This document shows, one piece after another, positions 9,226 to 18,296 of a stretch of DNA of 57,659 nt. The position numbers were made by a program, and so were the translations under genes. Positions within the stretch are counted from its first letter, which is position 1. Every line of letters begins with the position of its first letter. The notes below the pieces were generated by a model. The model did not search any database. It saw nothing but the letters and a program-made list of their open reading frames with translations, and was not told where the DNA came from. This stretch comes from a virus (Duplodnaviria; Caudoviricetes), in the IMG/VR virus record IMGVR_UViG_3300043443_000537, positions 1-57,659 of that record; one strand, written 5' to 3'.

Positions 9226-9373
9226 GTTGCGAGGGATGTTCGCAGCATGGGCGCCGCTTGCGAATACGCAAGGCCGAAGTGTCAAGCGAGCGCATGCGGG
9301 CGCAAAGAAAAACCGAGCGAGCGCAAAGAAAGTGCTTGCTATCGGTTGCGCGGGCGCAATGGTTCGCGGTGTT
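9226..9373. promoter_or_regulatory. Divergent early control region with two operator palindromes
   Basis: TTGCGAATACGCAA 9258-9271 (leftward TTGCGT-N16-CATGCT); TTGCGCGGGCGCAA 9346-9359 within rightward TTGCTA-N16-AATGGT; minus-strand TTGACA at 9280-9285. Confidence 0.75.
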
Positions 9374-9751
9374 ATGCCAACCGCAGCAACTCAAAACAAA
9401 CTGGAGACCGTGAAGTGTTCCAAACCGTTATCAACGTCCTTGCCGCCGTCGGGCTCGTCGCCCTCGCCGGTTCGTGCCTGTTCCTCGCCTGCGCGCTGTG
9501 GATGTCAGGCCGCGAAGGCGAAAAAGAAGACCGCCGCCTGCAAGCGCTCGGCGAAATGCCGCCAGGCTGGCAGCACCGTGAAATACCGGACGCTAAAGCC
9601 GGGAGAGATCGTGCGCCTCGGTGACGAAGCGACGGCGGCCTTGAATCGTCGCGGCATGGGCTGGCTCTCCGCTGACCGCATCGCCGGCGCGCGCGTCAGG
9701 GAGTTCGACTACCTGCGCTTCCGCCGCCCCGTGAAGGGAGGCCGCAAGTGA
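9374..9751 (+). CDS. Hypothetical protein (frame ambiguous; an overlapping frame encodes a membrane peptide)
   Basis: GTTATG start at the conserved promoter distance; ends KGGRK overlapping the next start. Confidence 0.4.
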   Translation: MPTAATQNKLETVKCSKPLSTSLPPSGSSPSPVRACSSPARCGCQAAKAKKKTAACKRSAKCRQAGSTVKYRTLKPGEIVRLGDEATAALNRRGMGWLSADRIAGARVREFDYLRFRRPVKGGRK

Positions 9752-10032
9752 ACGCGATCCCGACATTCAAGGTCTCTGGCGTGGTAGCGCCGTGCAAGAC
9801 CGGCGGCGACAACCCGACCAATTACTTCATCGTGGCAGCGAATGACCGCGACCTGCTGCTCGTCATGACGCAGCTCGGGTTCCGCGACGTTAAGGCCGAG
9901 TCGTTCCGCGCGGCCGATGTCTTCATGGGCACTACGCCCGTCCAGACGCAGCCCGCGACGGAACCCGCGCCGGTGCCCGCGAAGCCCGCGCCGGTAAAGA
10001 AACCCGCCCGCACGAAGGGAGGCCGCAAGTGA
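9748..10032 (+). CDS. Hypothetical protein
   Basis: 94-aa ORF with GTGA overlaps on both sides. Confidence 0.7.
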   Translation: MNAIPTFKVSGVVAPCKTGGDNPTNYFIVAANDRDLLLVMTQLGFRDVKAESFRAADVFMGTTPVQTQPATEPAPVPAKPAPVKKPARTKGGRK

Positions 10033-10958
10033 TCCGCGCCATCCCCTACGCCGACCTCTCGCCTGACTTCGCCGCGCACGCCGACGGCGGCGGCGAGATC
10101 CACGGCATCGTCGACGGCATGCCCGCGCACGTCTACCACGGCCGCCCGGAGATTTCCGCGCACGGTCTGCACAAGATCGCCCGCGCGCCCGCGCTCTACG
10201 TCCACGGACTCAGTAACCCGCACACGCCTTCACCCGCGCAACGCTGGGGAACGTTGGTTCACCTGCGCGCCCTCGAGCCCGAGCGATTTGACGGCGAGGT
10301 CGCAACCCTGCCCGCCGACGCGCCAGAGCGCCCGGCCGCTAGGTCTGTGAATGCCAAGCGCCCGCGCCCCGAAGTCCTTGAGGCCGCGGCATGGTGGGCG
10401 AAGTTCGACGCCGAGAACATTGGCCGCGAGTTCGTCGACGCCACCGAGCTCGCGAGGTTGGAGGCGGTCAACGCGACAATCATGGCGCACCCGAGTGCCG
10501 GCCGCATCCTCGCCGCCGGCGGTCTCACCGAGGCCTCCATGTTCTGGCGCGACGCCGACACCGGCATCCGATGCCGCGCCCGTGCCGACCGCATCCACCC
10601 TAGCGACATCGTGGCGGACATCAAAACCACGAAGGACGCCAGCGCCGAATCTTTCTCGAAGGACGCGTGGAGCTACCGCTACGACGTGCAGGCCGCGTTC
10701 TACCTCGACGCCTACCGCACCCTCACGGGACGCGAAGGCCGATTCATCTTCATCTGCGTCGAGACCGAGCCGCCCTACCTCGTGGCCTGCTATGTCGCGA
10801 CGCCGGAGATGATCGCCGCCGGGCGCGCGCGCTACCGGCAGAACCTCGCCACCTACGCGTCGTGCGTCGAGTCGGGCACCTGGCCCGGCTACGGCGACGC
10901 CGTTATGCCTTTGGACCTCCCCGCTTGGGCGGTGAAGTCCGTAAACCCGAACACGTAA
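10029..10958 (+). CDS. RecE/exonuclease VIII-like PD-(D/E)XK nuclease
   Basis: YH...ISAHGL, GTLVH..LEP, CRARADRI, DIKTT, YRYDVQAAFY, FIFICVE..PPY. Confidence 0.9.
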   Translation: MIRAIPYADLSPDFAAHADGGGEIHGIVDGMPAHVYHGRPEISAHGLHKIARAPALYVHGLSNPHTPSPAQRWGTLVHLRALEPERFDGEVATLPADAPERPAARSVNAKRPRPEVLEAAAWWAKFDAENIGREFVDATELARLEAVNATIMAHPSAGRILAAGGLTEASMFWRDADTGIRCRARADRIHPSDIVADIKTTKDASAESFSKDAWSYRYDVQAAFYLDAYRTLTGREGRFIFICVETEPPYLVACYVATPEMIAAGRARYRQNLATYASCVESGTWPGYGDAVMPLDLPAWAVKSVNPNT

Positions 10959-10978
10959 CCCGTAACACCCGCATCACC

Positions 10979-11896
10979 ATGAGTGACACACCCGCCACCA
11001 ACGCGCCCGCGGCGCCGGCACCGACGACGAACGTCGGGGAGACAACCATGTGGCTTGACGGCCGCATCCTGCTCGCGGCGCTCAAGTTCGCCTCAACGGA
11101 CGAAACCCGCCACGTGCTGAACGGCGTCTATTGCCACGTCGACTTCGGCGCCGAGCGGATCGTCGTTTACGCCACGGACGGCCGCCGCGCGGTCGCAATG
11201 CGCGTCAACAGCGAAGGCGTTCCCGAGCACGATTTTGAGGGCATTGGCGGCGAGGCACCGACCTCCGACCGCTTCATCATCCCCTCGGAGTTCGTGAAGC
11301 GCATCAAGCCCCTGATCGGACGGGGCAGCGAGAAGAACGTGCAGATCGAGGTTCAGGCCGGTGCGCTCGACGGCAAGCGCCGCATCCTGGCGATGTCGCC
11401 GGTGTCCAAGCGCGGCGTCATCGGCGAGACCGTCGAAGGCATCTATCCGAACGTCGCCGCAATCTTCGCGGACTCCCGCACGCCGCTTGAAACCTCGAGC
11501 GCGACGTCGCAGCTCTTTGCCGGCGTGAACACGGAATTCATCGGCGAGTTCGGCGAGATGCTAAACACGCTCTCCGACAAGGGAGCCGGCGTTCTTATCT
11601 ACCGCGCCGGCGGCGCTGACCGCGCGTTGCTCCTCCGTCCGATGACGTTCCCCGGTAACGCCGACGTCGAGGCCATCATCATGCCGATGAACACGGAGGA
11701 TGCCGAAGCCCATTGGGAGCGGCCCGCGTGGATCTCCGGCGATTCGTTCCATAGGCCCGCCTCCACGGCCCCCGCCGACGCGCCGGCCAACGCCCCCGTC
11801 ATCGACAACATGGCCGTCACGATCCGCACCGGCGAGACCTCCGTCCGCATCGACGGCGACGGCATCCACGCCGAGCCCGCGCAGGCATCCGAGTAA
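10979..11896 (+). CDS. Partial DNA polymerase III beta-clamp homologue
   Basis: FASTDETRHVLNGV, ATDGRR, VEGIYPNVAAIF and C-terminal IIMPM resemble DnaN domains II-III; start ATG 10979. Confidence 0.65.
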   Translation: MSDTPATNAPAAPAPTTNVGETTMWLDGRILLAALKFASTDETRHVLNGVYCHVDFGAERIVVYATDGRRAVAMRVNSEGVPEHDFEGIGGEAPTSDRFIIPSEFVKRIKPLIGRGSEKNVQIEVQAGALDGKRRILAMSPVSKRGVIGETVEGIYPNVAAIFADSRTPLETSSATSQLFAGVNTEFIGEFGEMLNTLSDKGAGVLIYRAGGADRALLLRPMTFPGNADVEAIIMPMNTEDAEAHWERPAWISGDSFHRPASTAPADAPANAPVIDNMAVTIRTGETSVRIDGDGIHAEPAQASE

Positions 11897-11932
11897 CCCA
11901 CCCTGTATTTCCACTCAACCCGTTATTCACCC

Positions 11933-13090
11933 ATGAGCACCATCCGCATCGAAGAAGCGCGCCGCGAAGGCGCCAAGATCGTCCTCGGCCTCGCCGGCTG
12001 CTCCGGCGGCGGCAAAACCTTCACCGCCCTCCTGCTGGCCTACGGCCTCGCCAAGCGCGACGGCAAGAAGGTCGGTTTCCTTGACACCGAGAACCGCCGC
12101 GGCCGTCTCTACGCCGACATCCTGCCCGGCGGCGCGAAGTTCCTGATCGGCGACCTAGTGCCGCCGTTCTCGCCGCAACGGCATATCGAAGCCATCCGCG
12201 CCTTTGAAGAGGCCGGCGTCGAAGTTCTCGTCATCGACTCTATCTCGCACGAATGGGAGGGCGTCGGGGGCTGCGAAGAGATCGCCACCGACGGCAATCC
12301 TAAGCTGCCCCGCTGGAATCGCGCGAAGGCGGAGCACAAGAAGTTCATGAACGCGCTCCTGCAATCGAGCATGCACATCATCGTGTGCCTACGCGCCCGC
12401 GAGAAGGTGAAGATGTCAAAGGACGAGCGCGGCGGCACCCTCGTGGAGTCGCTCGGCATTCAGCCGATTCAAGAAAAGAACTTCATGTTCGAGCTCACCG
12501 CCTCGCTCATGATGAAGGACATGGGCCGGCGGCAGGACGTGCTCAAGTGCCCCGAGGCGATCCGCCACGCCCTCGGCAAGGGCGAAGGCTATCTCGGCAT
12601 CGAGACCGGCGAAGCCCTTCGCGCGTGGATTGATGGCGCCACGCCCATCGACAAAGACCTCGAGCGTGTCCGCGCGCAGCTCTCAAGCGTCTGCGAGCAA
12701 GGCACCGTCGCTCTGCAAGCCGCATGGACCGCGCTGCCCGCGAAGACCAAGCAGGCGCTCAAGGACGAGCTGCCCGCGCTCAAGGCATCGGCTGCCGGAT
12801 ATGACACGCACCGCCAGGCCGCCACCGAGGCGAACGGCGCCGACGCCGCGGCCGACGTGAACGCCGCTATCGCCGGCACGCCCGCGCCCGCGCCGGCCCC
12901 CGCGCCCGCAGCCGCGCCCGCACCGAATCCGCAACCCATGAAGGAGACTCCTCGTGTTGAAAAGCCCGCAGCGCCCGCGAATGGTGCGCCTGCTACAAAC
13001 GCCACCACCGGGCCGGCCCCGCAGCCGGCTGCCGCAAAGCCCGCCCCGGCTGCCGTCGCGAACGGAGGCACCGACGACGATGTCTTTTAA
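11933..13090 (+). CDS. Sak4/AAA_24-like phage recombination ATPase
   Basis: Walker A GCSGGGKT, LDTEN, Walker B VLVIDSISHEW; Pro/Ala linker and acidic DDDVF tail. Confidence 0.85.
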   Translation: MSTIRIEEARREGAKIVLGLAGCSGGGKTFTALLLAYGLAKRDGKKVGFLDTENRRGRLYADILPGGAKFLIGDLVPPFSPQRHIEAIRAFEEAGVEVLVIDSISHEWEGVGGCEEIATDGNPKLPRWNRAKAEHKKFMNALLQSSMHIIVCLRAREKVKMSKDERGGTLVESLGIQPIQEKNFMFELTASLMMKDMGRRQDVLKCPEAIRHALGKGEGYLGIETGEALRAWIDGATPIDKDLERVRAQLSSVCEQGTVALQAAWTALPAKTKQALKDELPALKASAAGYDTHRQAATEANGADAAADVNAAIAGTPAPAPAPAPAAAPAPNPQPMKETPRVEKPAAPANGAPATNATTGPAPQPAAAKPAPAAVANGGTDDDVF

Positions 13091-13277
13091 GCCTGCACAG
13101 GACATCCGACTGACACCCGAGCAGTTGGTCGAGCGCTGGCAAGGTGCAGTCAGCCTCGCCACGCTCGCAACCTGGCGGAGCCGCGGCGGCGGCCCCTCGT
13201 TCATCAAGGTAGGGCGGCAACCGCTCTACCCGCTCGCCGACGTAGAAGCCTACGAGGCGAAGCACCGCCGAGAGTGA
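13080..13277 (+). CDS. Excisionase-like winged HTH protein
   Basis: LTPEQLVERW...TLATWRSRGGGPSFIKVGRQPLYPLADVEAYE. Confidence 0.85.
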   Translation: MSFKPAQDIRLTPEQLVERWQGAVSLATLATWRSRGGGPSFIKVGRQPLYPLADVEAYEAKHRRE

Positions 13278-13282
13278 GCACC

Positions 13283-13322
13283 CGGGGCGCGGTCCATTAC
13301 AAACCGCGCCCCGTTTTCTTTT
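13283..13322 (+). terminator. Intrinsic terminator
   Basis: 11-bp stem CGGGGCGCGGT/ACCGCGCCCCG followed by TTTTCTTTT. Confidence 0.8.
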
Positions 13323-13341
13323 ACCCGACGCGAAAAAGTGC

Positions 13342-13355
13342 TTGCGTGCGCGCAA
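13342..13355 (+). promoter_or_regulatory. TTGCG-N4-CGCAA operator/-35 element
   Basis: TTGCGTGCGCGCAA; 38 nt before ATG 13380. Confidence 0.8.
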
Positions 13356-13379
13356 ATCTCTAGTTGAGTAGGCGCCGTT

Positions 13380-13763
13380 ATGAAAATCCGCCTCAACAAA
13401 CAATTCCTCTTCAGCCTGCCGTCCGCCCTCCGCGTGAAGATCGGCGATTGGTCCGCCGCCCACGGCAAGCGCCATATCAGCGTCAACCGCGCGACGCGCT
13501 TCTACATCCAAGAGGACGCGCGTTACACCGCCTACGGCCCCGACCTGCGCAGCATGACCGTCCGTGCCGGCGGCGAGTGGGCGGGCGTCACCGAGCTCAT
13601 GCCCGGCGGCGAGTGCCCGCTTCCCCCAGGCTGCACGGTCGTCGCGACCGGCTTCTTCCTCGGGCACGCGTGGCTGACCGTTTACCACAATCCCGCGCAG
13701 GCGCCGGCCGAGCTGGCCGGTCTGACCGCCCTCGTAGACGCACCCGCAGCAATCGCCGCCTGA
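13380..13763 (+). CDS. Hypothetical protein
   Basis: 127-aa ORF starting at GTTATG behind the promoter motif. Confidence 0.75.
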   Translation: MKIRLNKQFLFSLPSALRVKIGDWSAAHGKRHISVNRATRFYIQEDARYTAYGPDLRSMTVRAGGEWAGVTELMPGGECPLPPGCTVVATGFFLGHAWLTVYHNPAQAPAELAGLTALVDAPAAIAA

Positions 13764-13766
13764 TCC

Positions 13767-15458
13767 ATGAACGCCCTCGTCACCCAACTCAAAGAAGCCG
13801 GACAGGACCACGAGTTCTACCCGACCACCGAAGAGATCGTCGCGGTCCTCGTCCGCGACATTAACGACCTGCGCGAGCGAGACGACATCCGTTATCGCCA
13901 CCGCCGCGGGATCGAGAGCGTCCTCGACATCGGCGCCGGTCACGGCAAGGTCTTGCGCGCCCTGCGCGACCGCGCGTCGTTCACCCAACTCTTCGCCATC
14001 GAGAAGTCGCCTATCCTGTGCGACCGTCTCGACAATGACATCTTCATCGTCGGGACCGAGTTCCACGAACAAAGCCTCGTCGCCAAGCAGGCCGACGTCA
14101 CGTTCTGCAACCCGCCCTACTCGGAGTTCGAGGAATGGGCGGCGAAAATCATCCGCGAGTCGGCGTCGTGGTTCGTTTACCTCGTCATCCCGGTGCGCTG
14201 GGCGTCGTCGATAGAGATCGCCAACGCGCTCGAGTTTCGTGACGCCAAGGCGGAGGTGATCGGCACGTTCAGTTTTCAGGACGCCGAGGACCGCGCGGCC
14301 CGTGCGAACGTCAACCTGATCCGCATTGCGCTGGCCAGAGAGACCGACGACGCGTTCGACCGGTTCTTCGACGCGCAATTCACCGACCTTCGCGCGAAGT
14401 GGGACGCCCACCAAGCCGCCAGCCGTGAAGGCGAGCCTGCGCGTGAAGGCGAGTCCCGCCGCCGCAACCCGAAGATGGACGCCCTTGTCGTCGGCGCCAA
14501 CTACCCGGACCGCCTCGTCGGCCTCTACAACGAGGAGCTTGAGCACATCCGCAAGAACTACGACATGGTGAAGGCCCTCGACGTCGACCTGCTCAAGGAG
14601 TTCGACGTCTCGCCGGTGCGCATCATGGGGTGTCTAAAGGCCAGGCTTGCCGGCCTGCGGAACGCCTACTGGCAGGAGCTATTCAGCCACATGAAGTCGG
14701 TGACGAACCGGCTCACCACGAAGAAGCGCCGCATGATGTTGGAGACGCTGAACCGAAGCGGTCACGTCGACTTCACCGTGGGGAATATCCACGCGGTCGT
14801 CATGTGGGTAATGAAGAACGCGAACAGCTACGTCAACGCGCAGCTCCTTGAGACCTTCGACGCGATGGTGGGTAAGGCGAACGTCCGCAACTACAAGTCC
14901 AATGAGCGGGTCTTCGTCTTCGACCGTTGGCGCTACAACCAAGAGAAGCCCACCCACATCGCTTTGGAATATCGCGTGGTGCTTGAGAACGTCGGCGGCC
15001 TGCGCGCGAAATACACGCGCGGTCACGAGCTCGTCGAGTCGGCGGCGGACTTCATCGGCGACCTCCTGACCGTCGCGCATTGCATGGGGTTTAACTGCGA
15101 CACCGGCGACGCGCGCTTGGCATGGCACGGCCGTCACGAGAGCTGGACGCCCGGCGAGCGCCAGGAGTTTTCGTGCCGCGTCGACGGCGACACCGAGATC
15201 CTCTTCGACGTCCGCGCGTTCCAGAACGGCAACCTGCACGTCAGGCTGAATCAGAAGTTCGCCCTCGCGCTCAACGTCGAGACCGGGCGCCTGCGCGGGT
15301 GGGTGAAGTCCGGCCACGAGGCCGCGGAAGAACTCGGCGACAAGCGCGCCGCCAAGTATTTCGGCGTCAACGTCCAACTAGGCGCCGGCAGCTTGCCGAT
15401 GCTCGGAGCGCCCGCCGCCGAGACCACCTCAACCGAACCCGAACTTTTTCCCGTATGA
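13767..15458 (+). CDS. SAM-dependent amino (adenine) DNA methyltransferase-like protein, DUF4942-type
   Basis: EFYPT, VLDIGAGHG, FCNPPY; C-terminal RAFQNGNLHV. Confidence 0.82.
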   Translation: MNALVTQLKEAGQDHEFYPTTEEIVAVLVRDINDLRERDDIRYRHRRGIESVLDIGAGHGKVLRALRDRASFTQLFAIEKSPILCDRLDNDIFIVGTEFHEQSLVAKQADVTFCNPPYSEFEEWAAKIIRESASWFVYLVIPVRWASSIEIANALEFRDAKAEVIGTFSFQDAEDRAARANVNLIRIALARETDDAFDRFFDAQFTDLRAKWDAHQAASREGEPAREGESRRRNPKMDALVVGANYPDRLVGLYNEELEHIRKNYDMVKALDVDLLKEFDVSPVRIMGCLKARLAGLRNAYWQELFSHMKSVTNRLTTKKRRMMLETLNRSGHVDFTVGNIHAVVMWVMKNANSYVNAQLLETFDAMVGKANVRNYKSNERVFVFDRWRYNQEKPTHIALEYRVVLENVGGLRAKYTRGHELVESAADFIGDLLTVAHCMGFNCDTGDARLAWHGRHESWTPGERQEFSCRVDGDTEILFDVRAFQNGNLHVRLNQKFALALNVETGRLRGWVKSGHEAAEELGDKRAAKYFGVNVQLGAGSLPMLGAPAAETTSTEPELFPV

Positions 15459-16282
15459 ACACCACCACCCAACTAATCACCATCACCGGCGCCGAGTCCA
15501 CACAGGTCTCGGCCCTCCCCGCAGCCATCGCCAAGCGCGACGAGCTCCTCGCCATTGCGGCCAAGGGTAAGCGCATCGCCTCGCCGGAGTCCTGCCAACG
15601 CGCGACCGGCCTGCTCCGCGACCTCAAGATGTTCGAGAAGGCGATCAACGACGCCCACGCGACCGCGAAGGCGCCCGTCCTCGAGCTCGGCCGCAAGATC
15701 GACGCGCTCAAGAAAGACCTCCTCAACGAGGTGACCACGGAGGCCGCGCGAATCGGCCGTCTGATCGGCGACTATGAGACCGAGCAGGCGAAGATCCGGC
15801 GCGAGGAGGAGGCCCGGGCCGCCGCGGAGGCGAAGCGCCTGCGCGAAGAAGCCGAGGCGAAGGAACGCGCCGCCCGCGAGGAAGCCGCCCGCAAGGAGGC
15901 CGCCGCCCGTGCCGCCGCCGAGAAAGCCGCCGCCGAGGGTGACGTCCTGGCGAAGGCCCAAGCCGAACGTGCCGCCGCCGATGCCCGCGCGAAGGCCGAG
16001 CAGGAAGCCGCCGTCGCGAAGGCGCAGGCCGAGGCGCAGATCGCCGCGCAACGTGCCGCAGTCGTCGCGCAGGCTCCGAAGCCTGCCGGCGTCAGCACTC
16101 GCGAGGACGTGGATTTTGAGGTCACCGACATGGCCGCGCTCTACGCCGCGAACCCGTCGCTAGTCACACTGACCGTGAAGCGCACCGAGTTGAAGGCCGC
16201 GCTCAAGGCGCTACCCGAGGGCGCGACGCTGCCGGGCGTTCGTCATTGGAAGACCTCGCAGGCGGTCGTGCGGAGCGCGTGA
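15455..16282 (+). CDS. Coiled-coil phage protein
   Basis: Ala/Glu/Lys/Arg-rich helical core, C-terminal LPGVRHW; ATGA overlap at 15455. Confidence 0.75.
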   Translation: MNTTTQLITITGAESTQVSALPAAIAKRDELLAIAAKGKRIASPESCQRATGLLRDLKMFEKAINDAHATAKAPVLELGRKIDALKKDLLNEVTTEAARIGRLIGDYETEQAKIRREEEARAAAEAKRLREEAEAKERAAREEAARKEAAARAAAEKAAAEGDVLAKAQAERAAADARAKAEQEAAVAKAQAEAQIAAQRAAVVAQAPKPAGVSTREDVDFEVTDMAALYAANPSLVTLTVKRTELKAALKALPEGATLPGVRHWKTSQAVVRSA

Positions 16283-16323
16283 GGCGATTACAAACGTGCA
16301 CCCCGGTTTTCACGCAAAAAGAC

Positions 16324-16337
16324 TTGCGCGCACGCAA
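16324..16337 (+). promoter_or_regulatory. TTGCG-N4-CGCAA operator/-35 element
   Basis: TTGCGCGCACGCAA; CATGCT at 16346-16351; 38 nt before ATG 16362. Confidence 0.8.
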
Positions 16338-16361
16338 GCGCCGGACATGCTGGGCAGCGTT

Positions 16362-16724
16362 ATGAAGAACACCACCCACGAAAGTCTCACCAACGGATCC
16401 CTGATCCGCGTGCCCGGCGTCCTCGGCAAGGTCAGCGTTTGCACGCTGGCTGCCTTCGCCGCCCGATACAACGAGCCGGTCAGCAAGCACGAGGAACTCG
16501 ACCGCAAGTTCGGACGCGAAACGCAATACGCGTGGACGATGCAGCACGCCGCCGTGCTGACCGCCGACTACCCCGGCAAGGCTGAGGAGCACGCCCGCGA
16601 GATGGCGGCCCGCGCCGCCGCACCGCTGGTGAATACCGGCGACGTGCTTGTTATCGACGGCATTCGCTACACCGCGAAGGTGATGGGCGACTACGCCGAC
16701 CCCGTCCACCTCACCCGAGCCTAA
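16362..16724 (+). CDS. Hypothetical protein
   Basis: MKNTTHE... starts at GTTATG. Confidence 0.75.
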   Translation: MKNTTHESLTNGSLIRVPGVLGKVSVCTLAAFAARYNEPVSKHEELDRKFGRETQYAWTMQHAAVLTADYPGKAEEHAREMAARAAAPLVNTGDVLVIDGIRYTAKVMGDYADPVHLTRA

Positions 16725-16771
16725 ACCACCCCGCGCCGCCGGTCGCATCGTAACCGGCACCCTTTCCCGTT

Positions 16772-17158
16772 ATGAACAAACCCACCCACAACCTAACCGC
16801 CGAGGGCCGCGCCCTCGTTCACGCGATTATCAACATCGCCCTCACCACGCCATCCAACGTCGCCGACGTGTTTATTGATTGGTCGCCGCATTGCTGCCTG
16901 TTCCACTTCTACGTCAATCCGGGCGGCTGGACGGAGGGGGCCAAGAATGTATGCAACCACCGATTCTATTTCGACCACACGCAGGACGCGGAGAAGATTA
17001 CCGCGGCTTTGGAGAAGGCCAAGGCCGCGCTCGAGGACTGCCTAGCCAAGTGCGCCAACACGTCGGAGGCCGACCGCCGTGCCAAGCGAGCCGCCGATCT
17101 GCGCGAGCGCGCCGCCGCCCTGACCGCCGAAGCCGCCAAGTTGGAGGACGCCCGATGA
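16772..17158 (+). CDS. Hypothetical protein
   Basis: 128-aa ORF with phage-like codon use. Confidence 0.75.
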   Translation: MNKPTHNLTAEGRALVHAIINIALTTPSNVADVFIDWSPHCCLFHFYVNPGGWTEGAKNVCNHRFYFDHTQDAEKITAALEKAKAALEDCLAKCANTSEADRRAKRAADLRERAAALTAEAAKLEDAR

Positions 17159-17253
17159 AACGCTGGTATGACCGCATCCCTTCATTCGTCTACGTCGTCG
17201 CGCTCGTCGCGCTGGCGTGGGTTTTCATCACTGGTTTTCTGGACAGCCTCTAA
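17155..17253 (+). CDS. Small membrane peptide (32 aa)
   Basis: MKRWYDRIPSFVYVVALVALAWVFITGFLDSL; ATGA overlap with upstream gene. Confidence 0.6.
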   Translation: MKRWYDRIPSFVYVVALVALAWVFITGFLDSL

Positions 17254-17270
17254 AACGGAGCACCTACGTT

Positions 17271-18011
17271 ATGACCACCACCACCGGCCCGCGCGTGCCT
17301 GACGCGCTTATCAACGCCCTGATCGCCGTCGAGAGCGGCGGGAAGGACGACGCAGTTGGCGACGGCGGCAAGGCCGTCGGCTGCCTGCAAATCCACGAGA
17401 TCCTCGTGCAGGACGTGAACCGGATCGACGGCCGCGAGAAGTCGGCCGCGCGATATCTCCCGAAGGATCGGCTCAGCCGTCGCCTCTCCATCGTGATGTG
17501 CCGCATCTATCTCGCGCACTACGCCCACCCGAAGCGCCTAGGTCGCGAGCCTGCGCTGGAGGACATGGCGCGCATCTGGAACGGCGGGCCCGACGGCTGG
17601 CGCGAGCCGGAGACCGAGAAGTATTGGGCGAAGGTGCGCGCCGCCCTCAAGGTTCAGCCTGGCATGGACGTTTGGATTGAGCCGCCCGAAGAAGCGATGC
17701 CTGCGCAGACTCGGCACGTGTGGCGGATTGACGCGCCGAAGACCGCACAGCTCGCGCAGGCCCCGGCGCCGACGCATCAGTTCAAGCCCGGCGAAGTCGT
17801 CGAACCGATAACGCCCGACCACTTCGCGATGGGTCGAGAGATCGCGCGTGCTCAATTCACCGCGCCGGAATACCTCGCCGCGCAGAAACGTGAAGCATGG
17901 GACCGGTTCGCCGCGGCGGCGCTGCAAACGAGCGAATGCACCGGAACCGCTCAAGCCGCCGAGTGGGCTGACGCCCTCTTGGCAGAGCGCCGCAAACGCT
18001 TCCCTGCATGA
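17271..18011 (+). CDS. Lysozyme-superfamily muramidase/transglycosylase resembling i-type (destabilase) lysozyme, with C-terminal extension
   Basis: LIAVESGG, GCLQI, ARIWNGGPDGW...TEKYWAKV. Confidence 0.8.
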   Translation: MTTTTGPRVPDALINALIAVESGGKDDAVGDGGKAVGCLQIHEILVQDVNRIDGREKSAARYLPKDRLSRRLSIVMCRIYLAHYAHPKRLGREPALEDMARIWNGGPDGWREPETEKYWAKVRAALKVQPGMDVWIEPPEEAMPAQTRHVWRIDAPKTAQLAQAPAPTHQFKPGEVVEPITPDHFAMGREIARAQFTAPEYLAAQKREAWDRFAAAALQTSECTGTAQAAEWADALLAERRKRFPA

Positions 18012-18259
18012 CGCCGCGCCGCCACCTCCCCCGCTTCGGTCACGCGCCTGCGCACGTGCAGGCCGTCGACCCGGAGCCCTACAACCCGAACGAGCGCGTC
18101 CGCCGTCGTGGCGCGCTCGCCTTCGGCTACGGCGACGCCATCCGGTTTCGCCGCACGCCTAGCATGCCGCGCCCGCGACAGACCGGGCCGGACTTTCCCC
18201 TCCTCGCTCTCGCATTTGTCCTTGCACTCCTCAGCGCGTTCTTACTCTCGCGCCTGTGA
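18008..18259 (+). CDS. Hypothetical protein with C-terminal transmembrane helix
   Basis: ATGA overlap; FPLLALAFVLALLSAFLLSRL. Confidence 0.6.
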   Translation: MTPRRHLPRFGHAPAHVQAVDPEPYNPNERVRRRGALAFGYGDAIRFRRTPSMPRPRQTGPDFPLLALAFVLALLSAFLLSRL

Positions 18260-18296
18260 ACCGCGCCGGGCGGACTCCCGGCAACCCTCCCTCGTT

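Noticed and set aside
12880-13060. GC-rich short repeats (CCCGCG...)
   Set aside because: Encode the Pro/Ala linker of the ATPase
12993-14546. 517-aa minus-strand ORF
   Set aside because: Antisense to well-supported early genes and crosses a promoter and terminator
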